Virus record (IMG/VR): IMGVR_UViG_3300045988_160053 | Strand: one strand, 5' to 3' | DNA length: 64,000 nucleotides | Origin: a virus | Shown: one piece after another, positions 19,838 through 28,029 of the stretch | Position numbering within the stretch: the stretch's first letter is position 1 | How the letters are laid out: each line of letters starts with the position of its first letter | Program-made: the position numbers and the translations under genes | Notes under the pieces: generated by a model | The model's database searches: none | Told to the model about the DNA's origin: nothing | The model's input: the letters and a program-made list of their open reading frames with translations, nothing else

Positions 19838-20176
19838 ATGAGAAAAATAATCGTAAAGGTTGATAAAGAAAAAGCTACAGAGCTTGAAAGAGTTAATTTT
19901 GAATTAAACTTCGTAAAAGACATTGTACAGAGAGTTATTGAATCACATCCAAGCGATTTAGAACTCATCAATGGAGATACTCTTATGTCTTACAATAAAC
20001 GTGGTGCAGAATTACAGAGAAAGTATGCTGCTCTTGCAAATGAGATGGAAAAGGAATACATCCCAGAATACCTCGAAGGTCATCAGTATAGTTGGATTAT
20101 TCCAAATAATTCTGATGAAATGACTATTACTATTAAATGTAATTGTGAGATTCCAGAATTAGAGGGAATAGCATGA
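19838..20176 (+). CDS. small protein translationally coupled to the radical SAM maturase (candidate maturase partner / peptide-recognition protein)
   Basis: 112 aa. Its TGA overlaps the ATG of the radical SAM gene (ATGA at 20173-20176). Function is inferred from the coupling only. Confidence 0.65.
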   Translation: MRKIIVKVDKEKATELERVNFELNFVKDIVQRVIESHPSDLELINGDTLMSYNKRGAELQRKYAALANEMEKEYIPEYLEGHQYSWIIPNNSDEMTITIKCNCEIPELEGIA

Positions 20177-21504
20177 AAAGAACAGAACAATATTCGGACC
20201 AGATAGCTAGACTTTATCCATCTAAGAAGGTAAAAACCGATGACGGACAAAGAATATTAACACAGAGTATCACTTTTCAAGTAACTGATGATTGCAACCT
20301 TGCGTGTCTATATTGTTACCAAGGACACAAAGGAAAAAATCGAATGTCGTTTGAAACAGCTAAGAAATTCTTTGATTTAGTTGTATCAGGTGAAAAAGGT
20401 TTTAAATCTTATATCAATCCAGAGAAATCTCCTGGATTGGTTGTAGATTTCATTGGAGGAGAACCCTTTCTTGAGATAGAGCTTATAGATCAAATCTGTA
20501 CTTATATTATGGATAAACTCATAGAGTTGGATCATCCTTGGGCCATGAAAACTATGTTCTCTATTTGTTCAAATGGTGTTTTATACAGGGACGAAAAAGT
20601 ACAAGCATTTCTTCGTAAATGGGCCAATAGATTATCTTTCTCAGTTACTATTGATGGGAATAAAGAATTACATGATTCCTGCCGAGTTTTTCCAGATGGT
20701 GGTCCAAGTTATGACATAGCTGTCGATGCTGCGTCAGATTGGATGAAACGTGGAAATCATATGGGAAGCAAGATCACAATTGCTCCGGGCAATATCAGCT
20801 TTCTATACGATGCTATTAAGCATATGGTCGATCTTGGATATGATGAAATCAATGCCAATTGTGTATATGAAAAGGGTTGGACACCTGTACATGCAACTGT
20901 TCTTTATGATCAAATGAAACGTATATCTGATTATTTCTTGGAACAGAATTTTGATTTTGAACGTGATTTCTTCTGTTCCCTTTATAATGAAGACTTCTTT
21001 CAGCCTAAAGATCCTGATGATTTACAAAGTTGGTGTGGAGGCGTTGGTAATTCAATGATTGCTTGCGATCCTCAAGGTCGCATATTTCCATGTATCAGAT
21101 ATATGGAATCTTCTCTTAATGGAGAGCAAGAACCGTACTCTATTGGTGATGTAGATAATGGTATAGGATGCACAGAATGTTATAAATGCAGAATTAATTG
21201 TATGGCAAAAATAGATAGAAGGACACAGAGTACAGATGAATGTTTCTATTGTCCTATAGCTGCAGGATGTTCTAATTGTTCTGGTTATGATTATCAAGTG
21301 AATGGTACTCCTGACTCAAAAGCTACTTATATATGTGTTATGCATAAAGCTCGTGCTCTTGGGAATCTGTATTTCTGGAATAAATATTATAGAAAAAATA
21401 ATATGAGTAAGCGAATGAAAAACTATGTGCCAGATGAATGGGCGCTTGAGATTATTTCTGAATCAGAACTTAATATGTTGAAAGAACTTGAAAGAGAGGA
21501 TTAA
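20173..21504 (+). CDS. radical SAM / SPASM-domain peptide(protein)-modifying maturase (anSME-like)
   Basis: CX3CX2C cluster motif in VTDDCNLACLYCYQG (about 20293-20316). GGEPFL SAM-binding motif. Cys-rich C-terminal SPASM-like region: WCGGVGNSMIACDPQGRIFPCIRY ... CTECYKCRINC ... ECFYCPIAAGCSNCSGYDY. Confidence 0.9.
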   Translation: MKRTEQYSDQIARLYPSKKVKTDDGQRILTQSITFQVTDDCNLACLYCYQGHKGKNRMSFETAKKFFDLVVSGEKGFKSYINPEKSPGLVVDFIGGEPFLEIELIDQICTYIMDKLIELDHPWAMKTMFSICSNGVLYRDEKVQAFLRKWANRLSFSVTIDGNKELHDSCRVFPDGGPSYDIAVDAASDWMKRGNHMGSKITIAPGNISFLYDAIKHMVDLGYDEINANCVYEKGWTPVHATVLYDQMKRISDYFLEQNFDFERDFFCSLYNEDFFQPKDPDDLQSWCGGVGNSMIACDPQGRIFPCIRYMESSLNGEQEPYSIGDVDNGIGCTECYKCRINCMAKIDRRTQSTDECFYCPIAAGCSNCSGYDYQVNGTPDSKATYICVMHKARALGNLYFWNKYYRKNNMSKRMKNYVPDEWALEIISESELNMLKELERED

Positions 21505-21519
21505 AAGCCTCTCTTTTTT
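21493..21519 (+). terminator. rho-independent terminator overlapping the radical SAM stop codon
   Basis: AGAGAGG-attaaaag-CCTCTCT followed by TTTTT. The stop codon (21502-21504) lies in the loop. Confidence 0.7.
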
Positions 21520-21544
21520 ATTGACTAAAAGGAGGCTTGATATT

Positions 21545-23215
21545 ATGGCAGAAATTAAAGGAATTGATGTTTCCAGATGGAATGGAAACATCGACTGGAA
21601 AACTGTTGCTAGTTATGGAATGGGCTTCGCTATCCTAAGAATTACAGAAAAAGGAAATATTGTTGATAGCACATTCGAACCTAATTATAAAGGCTGTATT
21701 GAGAATAAGATTCCTGTTGGAGTCTATAAATACAGCTATGCTACTACTATTGCTCAGATTGAAGATGAAGCAAATGTAGTTATTAAAACATTGAATAAAA
21801 GAAAACTGGATTATCCAGTGTTTCTTGATATAGAGGATAAATGTCAGGAGAATTTATCTGACAGTTTAATGATGAAAATGATCGAAGCTTTTAGAGCTAT
21901 TATTGTCAAAGCTGGATATAAATTTGGTATTTACTGTGGTTATTCTTGGTATCAGAACCAGTTACCAAAAGGTGCTAAAAAGTACGATTGCTGGGTTGCT
22001 CGATATCCTAATAATGATACCGGTGAATTACAGGAAAGATTAAGAGTTCCTGCTTCTACTGGTGTTATTGGATGGCAATATTCTAGTAAGGCAACCATTC
22101 CTGGTATTCCAACAAAAACCGATCGAAGTGTATTCTATAAAGACTATTCTAAATCTTCTACTACTTCTACAAACTCTCTCAAACCAACAACTACACAAGG
22201 AAGTGATACTATGAATAAAGATAAAGCTATTGATGCTCTTATTGCTTGCGCTGAAAATGAGGTTGGATATTTAGAGAAGAAATCTAATTCTCAGCTTGAT
22301 GATAAAACTGCAAATGCAGGTTACAATAACTACACTAAATACTGGAGAGACGTATATCCTCAGTATCAGGCACAGGCTTGGTGTGCAGCGTTTGTGAGTT
22401 GGTGCATGATGAAAACATTCGGTCTTGATGTAGCTAAAAAACTCCTTAAACATTGGCCTTATGTATACTGTCCTACTCTTGGAAATCTCTTCACAAAGTA
22501 TGCAAATCCACAGCGAGGAGACATTGTGATCTTCTATCGTAACGGTACTTTTGCACATACAGGAATTGTCACAAAAGTTGAAGGTGATAAGTTTTATACT
22601 ATTGAAGGGAATACTTCAGCTGGCTCTACTGTTGTTCCAAATGGTGGAGGAGTTTTTGCTAAATCTTATTACAATTCTAATCTTCCAGGCACTAAATTCT
22701 GTCGTCCAGACTATTCTATTGTCACATCTATTTTAACATCTACTGCACCTGTACAGCCATCTTATACTGCATGGGTAGGTTCTTGTACAGCTAATGGAAC
22801 AGATGTATTCTCAGACGCTACAGGAGCTTCTAAGCTAAGTACATATCCTAAACTTAATGCAGGTAATCTTGTGGATATCATCGGTGAATCTGGTACAAGA
22901 TATCAGGTTCGTATCGCTGCAAAATATATAGGGTATGTAGAAAAATCTAACATTAAAAATCCTAATACTCCTGCTGCAACAACTACAAAAAAATATCCAT
23001 TTGTAGGAAAAGTAACTGCAAGTAAATTGAATGTTCGCAAAAAACCCGGTACTGAACATCCATTACTTCCAGAGTATCCGATGTTAAATAAAGACAATCT
23101 TGTTAATGTCCTCGGAGTTACAAAAGATACTAAAGGTAACAGATGGTACAAAGTATCAATTACTAAAAATGAATATGTTGGCTATGTATCAGCCAAATAT
23201 ATTACTAAGGCATAA
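21545..23215 (+). CDS. endolysin: GH25 muramidase + CHAP peptidase/amidase + 2 SH3b wall-binding domains
   Basis: AGGAGG RBS before the ATG at 21545 (track start 21488 is upstream). GH25: GIDVSRWNGNIDW, FLDIED, WVARY, GWQYS. CHAP: QAWCAAFVSWC ... FAHTGIV ... EGNTS. Two SH3b-like repeats: LNAGNLVDIIGESGTRYQV and NLVNVLGVTKDTKGNRWYKV. Confidence 0.9.
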   Translation: MAEIKGIDVSRWNGNIDWKTVASYGMGFAILRITEKGNIVDSTFEPNYKGCIENKIPVGVYKYSYATTIAQIEDEANVVIKTLNKRKLDYPVFLDIEDKCQENLSDSLMMKMIEAFRAIIVKAGYKFGIYCGYSWYQNQLPKGAKKYDCWVARYPNNDTGELQERLRVPASTGVIGWQYSSKATIPGIPTKTDRSVFYKDYSKSSTTSTNSLKPTTTQGSDTMNKDKAIDALIACAENEVGYLEKKSNSQLDDKTANAGYNNYTKYWRDVYPQYQAQAWCAAFVSWCMMKTFGLDVAKKLLKHWPYVYCPTLGNLFTKYANPQRGDIVIFYRNGTFAHTGIVTKVEGDKFYTIEGNTSAGSTVVPNGGGVFAKSYYNSNLPGTKFCRPDYSIVTSILTSTAPVQPSYTAWVGSCTANGTDVFSDATGASKLSTYPKLNAGNLVDIIGESGTRYQVRIAAKYIGYVEKSNIKNPNTPAATTTKKYPFVGKVTASKLNVRKKPGTEHPLLPEYPMLNKDNLVNVLGVTKDTKGNRWYKVSITKNEYVGYVSAKYITKA

Positions 23216-23226
23216 GGAGGTACATC

Positions 23227-23775
23227 ATGGGTATTGAACAGATACAGAAAATCCATGAGTTTGGTGAGATCAATGTGATCATATCTTTACTTCTTTGTGC
23301 AATGCTTGTTATAGCTTTAAAAGCTGGATGGGAGAAACTTCTTGATGTTCTTGGTCTCGAAACAAAAGCATCTCTACAGAAGAAAGCTTTAGAGAAGAAG
23401 TTGTCTGATATGGAACAGAAAATTGCTGATTTTGAGCAGTCTCAACATAATTATCATGACCAGTCCATTAATATCAGAGATGATCTGAGAACAAATCAAA
23501 ATACTCTGAGCACACAGCTTACTGATCTTACAACTTTGATGCAGAACTTTATAACTAATCAAGATGAGTGTACTGTAGCATCATTTAGAAGTTCTCTCTG
23601 GAGAATGCATAGAGACTTTATGGCACAAGGGTACATCACACCGGATGGATTAAAGACATTCCTAGAGATGGGAAAGCTTTATGAAAAGGCTGGTGGAAAT
23701 GATATTTATCATGAGAAATTACTTCCAGATATTGAATCTCTGGAAGTCAGATATACAAAAGACAATGTACTATAA
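23227..23775 (+). CDS. membrane-anchored coiled-coil protein, possible holin or lysis accessory
   Basis: AAGGAGG RBS. One N-terminal TM segment (INVIISLLLCAMLVIALKAGW). Position directly after the endolysin. No family motif recognised. Confidence 0.4.
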   Translation: MGIEQIQKIHEFGEINVIISLLLCAMLVIALKAGWEKLLDVLGLETKASLQKKALEKKLSDMEQKIADFEQSQHNYHDQSINIRDDLRTNQNTLSTQLTDLTTLMQNFITNQDECTVASFRSSLWRMHRDFMAQGYITPDGLKTFLEMGKLYEKAGGNDIYHEKLLPDIESLEVRYTKDNVL

Positions 23776-23780
23776 TTTAT

Positions 23781-23817
23781 GGGTAGTCAAGCATTATACT
23801 TGGCTACCCATTTTTTT
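23781..23817. terminator. bidirectional rho-independent terminator between convergent genes
   Basis: GGGTAGTCAAG-cattata-CTTGGCTACCC followed by a T7 run. Sits between the stop at 23775 (+) and the stop at 23816 (-). Confidence 0.75.
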
Positions 23818-24085
23818 ACTTTGATTCTTTATCAAGCATATTCCGAACGTCTTCTACAGAAAGTCCTTTTTCTCGAAGTAATTTGGCAAGATCTTTCATA
23901 GACTGTTCTTCTTTTACGGCTGCTTCTTTCTTCTCTGCTGCAACAAAATCTTTAGAAAGATTCTTTTTCTGCAATTTAAGAGTCTTAAGCTCGTCAGTAA
24001 GCTTAGTAATTTGTTCTTCTGTTGATGCAATCTGCGCTTTAACTTCTTCAGTTGTTAATTCCACTACTCGTCTTTTACCTCTCAT
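23816..24085 (-). CDS. hypothetical coiled-coil protein (89 aa)
   Basis: AGGAGG RBS (24095-24100 on the complement). Lys/Glu-rich helical sequence. No motif recognised. Confidence 0.6.
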   Translation of the reverse strand: MRGKRRVVELTTEEVKAQIASTEEQITKLTDELKTLKLQKKNLSKDFVAAEKKEAAVKEEQSMKDLAKLLREKGLSVEDVRNMLDKESK

Positions 24086-24115
24086 TTGAAGTACCTCCTG
24101 ACATAATTATAAATA

Positions 24116-24144
24116 ATCATATCATAAAATTATTAAAGGTACAA
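24116..24144 (-). promoter_or_regulatory. sigma70-like promoter for the 89-aa gene
   Basis: On the - strand: TTGTAC (24144-24139), 17 nt, TATGAT (24121-24116). Confidence 0.35.
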
Positions 24145-24228
24145 GATGTCACCGGAGTGTTAACATCATTTACCTACCTCCTCTGGTAGTTATTTTAGGA
24201 AAATTGTCTCATTGTACTGTTTAGTTTT

Positions 24229-24251
24229 GACACCATTTGTACACCATTTTT
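24229..24251. repeat. tandem ACACCATTT half-sites (copy 1), candidate integrase arm site
   Basis: GACACCATTTGTACACCATTTTT. Confidence 0.4.
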
Positions 24252-24434
24252 GTGTTAAGTTACGTGAAGATATAACATGATACGTGAATGTTAATCCTTT
24301 AAATTCAATATATAATGGTTAAAAATGGTCATATTTATTTAATTTCATGTTCCTCATGGAAATGCTTATATTTTTCTATAAGTCGTTTATAGGTCCCTGT
24401 AAAATCAATGATTTTAATGTGCTAATACTGATTT

Positions 24435-24454
24435 TACACCATTTTTACACCATT
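24435..24454. repeat. tandem ACACCATTT half-sites (copy 2), candidate integrase arm site
   Basis: TACACCATTTTTACACCATT, 7 nt from the int stop codon. Same orientation as copy 1. Confidence 0.4.
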
Positions 24455-24460
24455 CTATAG

Positions 24461-25669
24461 TTAGCTGATTTTTTGGAATGCTCTGCACGTATTTATATCG
24501 TTCATCGTATTTTCTAACAACTTAATGTCACTCATTTTTTTATCACTTAAAACTTCTGTATAGATATCCATGGTCATCTGAATATTTGTATGTCCAAGAT
24601 ATGATTGTACTGTTTTTGGTGGGATTCCTGCCTCAAAACAGCGTGTGGCAAATGTGTGTCTAAATGTATGCGCACTAAATTTTGGCATCAGAGGCTGATT
24701 TTGAGATGCTCTAATTTTATTAACATTATTTCTTACTGTACGTATCGAACTACCAAGTACTTCATCCATCAAGGGTCTATTATTTCTTGTCACGAAAAGG
24801 AGTTTGCCAAGAACGTCAGAGTCATAATCAATCGGTGGCAATGTATTGAGCTGCTGTACTTGATCTTCAATTGCTTTTCTACATATGGAATTCATCGGTA
24901 CGGTTCTTATACTGGATTTAGTTTTTGGTATGCTGATTTTGTATCCTAAAAAATCATCTTTTGAAGATTTTCTAAAATAAGTTAAAGTTTTAGTAACATT
25001 TATAGTATTATTTTCAAAATCAATATCATCTAAAGTAAGCGCTCTCAATTCTCCTGAGCGAAGTCCTGTATTAACTGCGACAACATATAGATTATAATAG
25101 AAGCATCCTTTCGCCATAAAGAAGAAATCTCTTTGATCCTCACGGGATAAGGTAACGATTTTTCTTCTGTCAGTTCCGATTATTTTTATGCCTTTTGCCG
25201 GGTTTTTAGTACATAAATCATTATCCATAGCATAAGAGAATAAATCGCACAAAACTGTACGTATATTATTGACTGTACTTTTATGTAACCTTTTACCCAG
25301 TCCGTTAAGTAAATCTGTTACCATCAATTTAGTAATTGATGACAATGGCAATCTGCCTAGCACAGGTTTTATATAGCAATGGTATGTACGTATATATATT
25401 CTAATTGTACTTGGCTTCAGAACAGGTTCTTTATATACCCTCATCCACTTTTCATACCACTGATCCAAAGTCATATTGGAGTCTACTACATTATTTTTAC
25501 TGTAATTATCTACAACTTCACTCATTAATGCATTTTTAACTTCTTTTAAAGTTATCCCGTATACACATCTACGCTTCCCGAACCTATCTGTAAATCGGGC
25601 TTGATATCTACCGTCCTTTCTCTGTGAAATGCCCTTTCCGAGTTCTTTACCTTTTAAATCTTTTCCCAT
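24461..25669 (-). CDS. int: tyrosine recombinase / phage integrase
   Basis: C-terminal catalytic signature: LRSGELRAL ... AHTFRHTFATRCFEAGIPPKTVQSYLGHTNIQMTMDIYTEV (R, HxxR, H, Y). The N-terminal SAM-like domain is typical of Firmicutes phage integrases. Confidence 0.95.
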   Translation of the reverse strand: MGKDLKGKELGKGISQRKDGRYQARFTDRFGKRRCVYGITLKEVKNALMSEVVDNYSKNNVVDSNMTLDQWYEKWMRVYKEPVLKPSTIRIYIRTYHCYIKPVLGRLPLSSITKLMVTDLLNGLGKRLHKSTVNNIRTVLCDLFSYAMDNDLCTKNPAKGIKIIGTDRRKIVTLSREDQRDFFFMAKGCFYYNLYVVAVNTGLRSGELRALTLDDIDFENNTINVTKTLTYFRKSSKDDFLGYKISIPKTKSSIRTVPMNSICRKAIEDQVQQLNTLPPIDYDSDVLGKLLFVTRNNRPLMDEVLGSSIRTVRNNVNKIRASQNQPLMPKFSAHTFRHTFATRCFEAGIPPKTVQSYLGHTNIQMTMDIYTEVLSDKKMSDIKLLENTMNDINTCRAFQKIS

Positions 25670-25688
25670 TATACATCATCCTTTCAAA

Positions 25689-25746
25689 AAGTCCGTATGT
25701 ACAATGAGGCAATTTTCTACATTAATCATATCATACATACGGACTT
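25689..25746 (-). promoter_or_regulatory. 13-bp perfect inverted repeat + U-run between xis and int (attenuator/terminator-like)
   Basis: AAGTCCGTATGTA (25689-25701) pairs with TACATACGGACTT (25734-25746). On the - strand the hairpin is followed by TTTTTG and then the int RBS. Confidence 0.5.
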
Positions 25747-25753
25747 CTTTCAA

Positions 25754-25942
25754 TTATAAATAGACAATGCTATCTAAATATTTTTCAAACTTCTGTCTTT
25801 TTATCAGACATCTGTTACCGGAGTACATGACAAAAGTACATCCCGGTTCTTTAACAAGCTCACGTAGCTTATTTTTTCCTATATTAAAGTATTGAGCAGC
25901 CTCATCTATAGTTAGAGCATATTTCTCAGATAATGCGATCAT
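25754..25942 (-). CDS. xis: excisionase-family HTH DNA-binding protein
   Basis: 62 aa. LTIDEAAQYFNIGKNKLRELV...RCLIKRQKFEKYLD matches the excisionase/MerR-like HTH pattern. Lies immediately upstream of int. Confidence 0.75.
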   Translation of the reverse strand: MIALSEKYALTIDEAAQYFNIGKNKLRELVKEPGCTFVMYSGNRCLIKRQKFEKYLDSIVYL

Positions 25943-26177
25943 CTTCTTCTACTTTCCAAAATCCAAGTTGATGCTCCAGATCTTCTATTAATTTAGTATT
26001 GTCACTCTGAATTACTACTTCAATTGTTTTTGGAAGTTCAAATGATAACACTCCTAAAATAGATTTAAGATCTATAATATATCTTCCAAATTTTCCATCA
26101 ATATCACAATCTTTAAACTTATTTGCAATAGATACAACAGCCGTAGCATCTGCTGAATTATTTAGTCGAATTTTCAT
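25926..26177 (-). CDS. hypothetical protein (83 aa), weak HPr-fold resemblance
   Basis: IDLKSILGVLSFELPKTIEVVIQSDN loosely resembles the HPr core, but no His-15 motif is present. Overlaps xis by 17 nt. Confidence 0.5.
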   Translation of the reverse strand: MKIRLNNSADATAVVSIANKFKDCDIDGKFGRYIIDLKSILGVLSFELPKTIEVVIQSDNTKLIEDLEHQLGFWKVEEDDRII

Positions 26178-26274
26178 AGTTATCCTTTCTTTTTATCAAA
26201 TAAAATGATATACTATACATGGTTGTATTTGATGTATAGCATTCATACATATAACCATACACATTTTTCTTTAA

Positions 26275-26312
26275 AGAGGCACTAACCATATACGGAGTGC
26301 CTCTTTTTTTTT
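26275..26312 (-). terminator. hairpin terminator separating the early operon from the xis/int unit
   Basis: AGAGGCACT-12 nt-AGTGCCTCT, with a T8 run on the + side and TTTAAAG on the - side. Probably bidirectional, and weaker in the - direction. Confidence 0.5.
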
Positions 26313-26316
26313 ACTT

Positions 26317-26496
26317 TTAATCATCATATTCCCATTCACGAGTGTGTCTATTATAATGACTATTCGCTTTGCACCGGAAGTCATATTGAGTAGAATCTCC
26401 TTTACGAAGTGGACACTCATTACAATGGACACGATTATTTTTATCATATGTGCTATATTTTTCGCATATAGCTTTTTCTCTGTCTGTTGTAAGCAT
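26317..26496 (-). CDS. small Cys-rich protein (59 aa), below the ORF-track cutoff
   Basis: Hand translation: MLTTDREKAICEKYSTYDKNNRVHCNECPLRKGDSTQYDFRCKANSHYNRHTREWEYDD. The ATG lies 3 nt after the upstream stop. Possible zinc ribbon (C-x18-CxxC-x14-C). Confidence 0.4.
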   Translation of the reverse strand: MLTTDREKAICEKYSTYDKNNRVHCNECPLRKGDSTQYDFRCKANSHYNRHTREWEYDD

Positions 26497-26499
26497 ATG

Positions 26500-26976
26500 T
26501 TATTCGTCTCTCACCTCTAATTTTTTCAAGTCTTCAATGCCCCAAGGTGCTTCATCCTCCCATTTAATGAAGTTAAACATATTACCATACATATCTCTTG
26601 ATACATAAAAATAATTACTATCTTCAGTTATCCACAATTCATTCATAGAATTACGTCTTGGTTTATTATAGTAAATATAAAGATCATTATTGATATCTCT
26701 TGCAATATATTTACAATTAGACAGAAGGGCATCAAGGAAGTTCTTTTCTCTTGATGTAATTGTAGGTTTCTCTACATATTCTGATTCAGCCCATTCACGT
26801 AATCGATCGGAGCATGCCTGTGAACGTCCAATATGTTTACCACAACCATCAAACATGCATGATTCACATGATATATTACTACAATAAGCGATTTTATTTT
26901 CTTTTGTTACTGCTATACTCCTACCATTACAAGCAATATCCAAAATCTCTTTAGCAAATTTCTCTCTATTCTTCAT
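26500..26976 (-). CDS. hypothetical protein (158 aa) with a Cys cluster
   Basis: RBS present. CSNISCESCMFDGCGKH cluster. No family recognised. Confidence 0.65.
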   Translation of the reverse strand: MKNREKFAKEILDIACNGRSIAVTKENKIAYCSNISCESCMFDGCGKHIGRSQACSDRLREWAESEYVEKPTITSREKNFLDALLSNCKYIARDINNDLYIYYNKPRRNSMNELWITEDSNYFYVSRDMYGNMFNFIKWEDEAPWGIEDLKKLEVRDE

Positions 26977-26990
26977 AAGCGTTTACACCT

Positions 26991-27521
26991 CTACTTATTC
27001 TTTGTTGTACTTCCAAATCCACCATTTCTTATGCCTGTTACTTCATCATCAATAGTAATACCATATTCTAAAAATACTCCCTGTACAACATTGTCACCTT
27101 CTCTAATTGTACATTCTTTATCACCATTATTTTTCAGTTTAACAAAGATATGTCCTTCGTTATCACTGTAATAAAAATCTGAATCCACAATACCTGTTTG
27201 ATTCATGAGATTTAACCCATATTTGCATCCTAATCCACTTCTAGGATATAACATTAGGACCCAATCTATGTTCATTTCACATCTGATCCCTGTAGGAATT
27301 TTAATGGTTTCACCCGGCTTTAAAGTAAATGTCAAAGGACTTACAAAGTCATATCCTGCGCTGCCTTTTGTTGCTCTTTTAGGTAACGTAATTGCATCAT
27401 AAATATCCTTAATATTTCGCCTAGTTGACATATTTAGTTCAGGAACATTAAATGCATCAATCCAATCTTTTTCAAACTGTCTGTATGTAACTTTCTCAAA
27501 TCTTGCTACTCTTTTTGCCAT
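26991..27521 (-). CDS. dut: dUTP diphosphatase (trimeric dUTPase)
   Basis: AAGGAG RBS. Motifs: GSAGYD, PRSGL, GIVDSDFY and the C-terminal RNGGFGST. Confidence 0.92.
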   Translation of the reverse strand: MAKRVARFEKVTYRQFEKDWIDAFNVPELNMSTRRNIKDIYDAITLPKRATKGSAGYDFVSPLTFTLKPGETIKIPTGIRCEMNIDWVLMLYPRSGLGCKYGLNLMNQTGIVDSDFYYSDNEGHIFVKLKNNGDKECTIREGDNVVQGVFLEYGITIDDEVTGIRNGGFGSTTKNK

Positions 27522-27576
27522 ATTATTAATCTCCTTTTTGTATGTAATTTAATGTATATATTATCTGAGTATAACT

Positions 27577-28029
27577 TTATATTAAATGAGCATTTTGCAA
27601 TTCTTTTAGTTTAGTTTGTGCTTCTTCATACGTAAAAAAGTATTTTTTACCAATATCCTTTTTAGAAATATAATCCAAGTGACTAATAAGGTTAATCGTG
27701 TCTATATAGTATTCTTTCTTACTACTACATCCATAGTCGTTACAATGGTTACATTCATCACTATATCCATCGTGTTCTATTCCTTTATGACATTTCGACC
27801 ATATAAAATCAATATAATAAAGTATTATATCGTTACTTAATTTTATTGATTGTTTAATATTGTCAGATTGTTCATAATTTGCTAATTGACGAGCAATTTT
27901 ATTAAGAATTTTCCATCTTTTGTTTTTTGCAAGTTGCTTAATTGTAAGTCCTTTATCAGATGGATAACCGTCTGGGTGGAACAAAATCTCTCCATTTTCA
28001 GTAACGTAAGTTAATCTTTCGATCCGCAT
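27577..28029 (-). CDS. hypothetical protein (150 aa)
   Basis: AAGGAG RBS. Cys/His cluster CHKGIEHDGYSDECNHCNDYGC. Overlaps the upstream gene by 19 nt. Confidence 0.6.
   Translation of the reverse strand: MRIERLTYVTENGEILFHPDGYPSDKGLTIKQLAKNKRWKILNKIARQLANYEQSDNIKQSIKLSNDIILYYIDFIWSKCHKGIEHDGYSDECNHCNDYGCSSKKEYYIDTINLISHLDYISKKDIGKKYFFTYEEAQTKLKELQNAHLI

Larger units (their letters stand above)
24090..24460. other. 370-bp non-coding region next to int: candidate attP
   Basis: This is the largest non-coding stretch in the window and directly abuts the 3' end of the integrase. It contains the direct repeats listed below and TACGTGAA twice (24261-24268, 24281-24288). Confidence 0.35.

Noticed and set aside
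25926-26177. Annotating the 83-aa protein as an HPr phosphocarrier.
   Set aside because: Only a loose match to the HPr core strand/helix is present. The phospho-His (GLHxRPA) and Ser46 motifs are absent.
24090-26316. A tRNA or small RNA gene in the non-coding stretches around int, a common attP partner.
   Set aside because: Reading both strands, I found no cloverleaf-compatible stems, no GTTCxAxxC T-loop and no CCA-proximal acceptor pairing. Only short hairpins and direct repeats are present.
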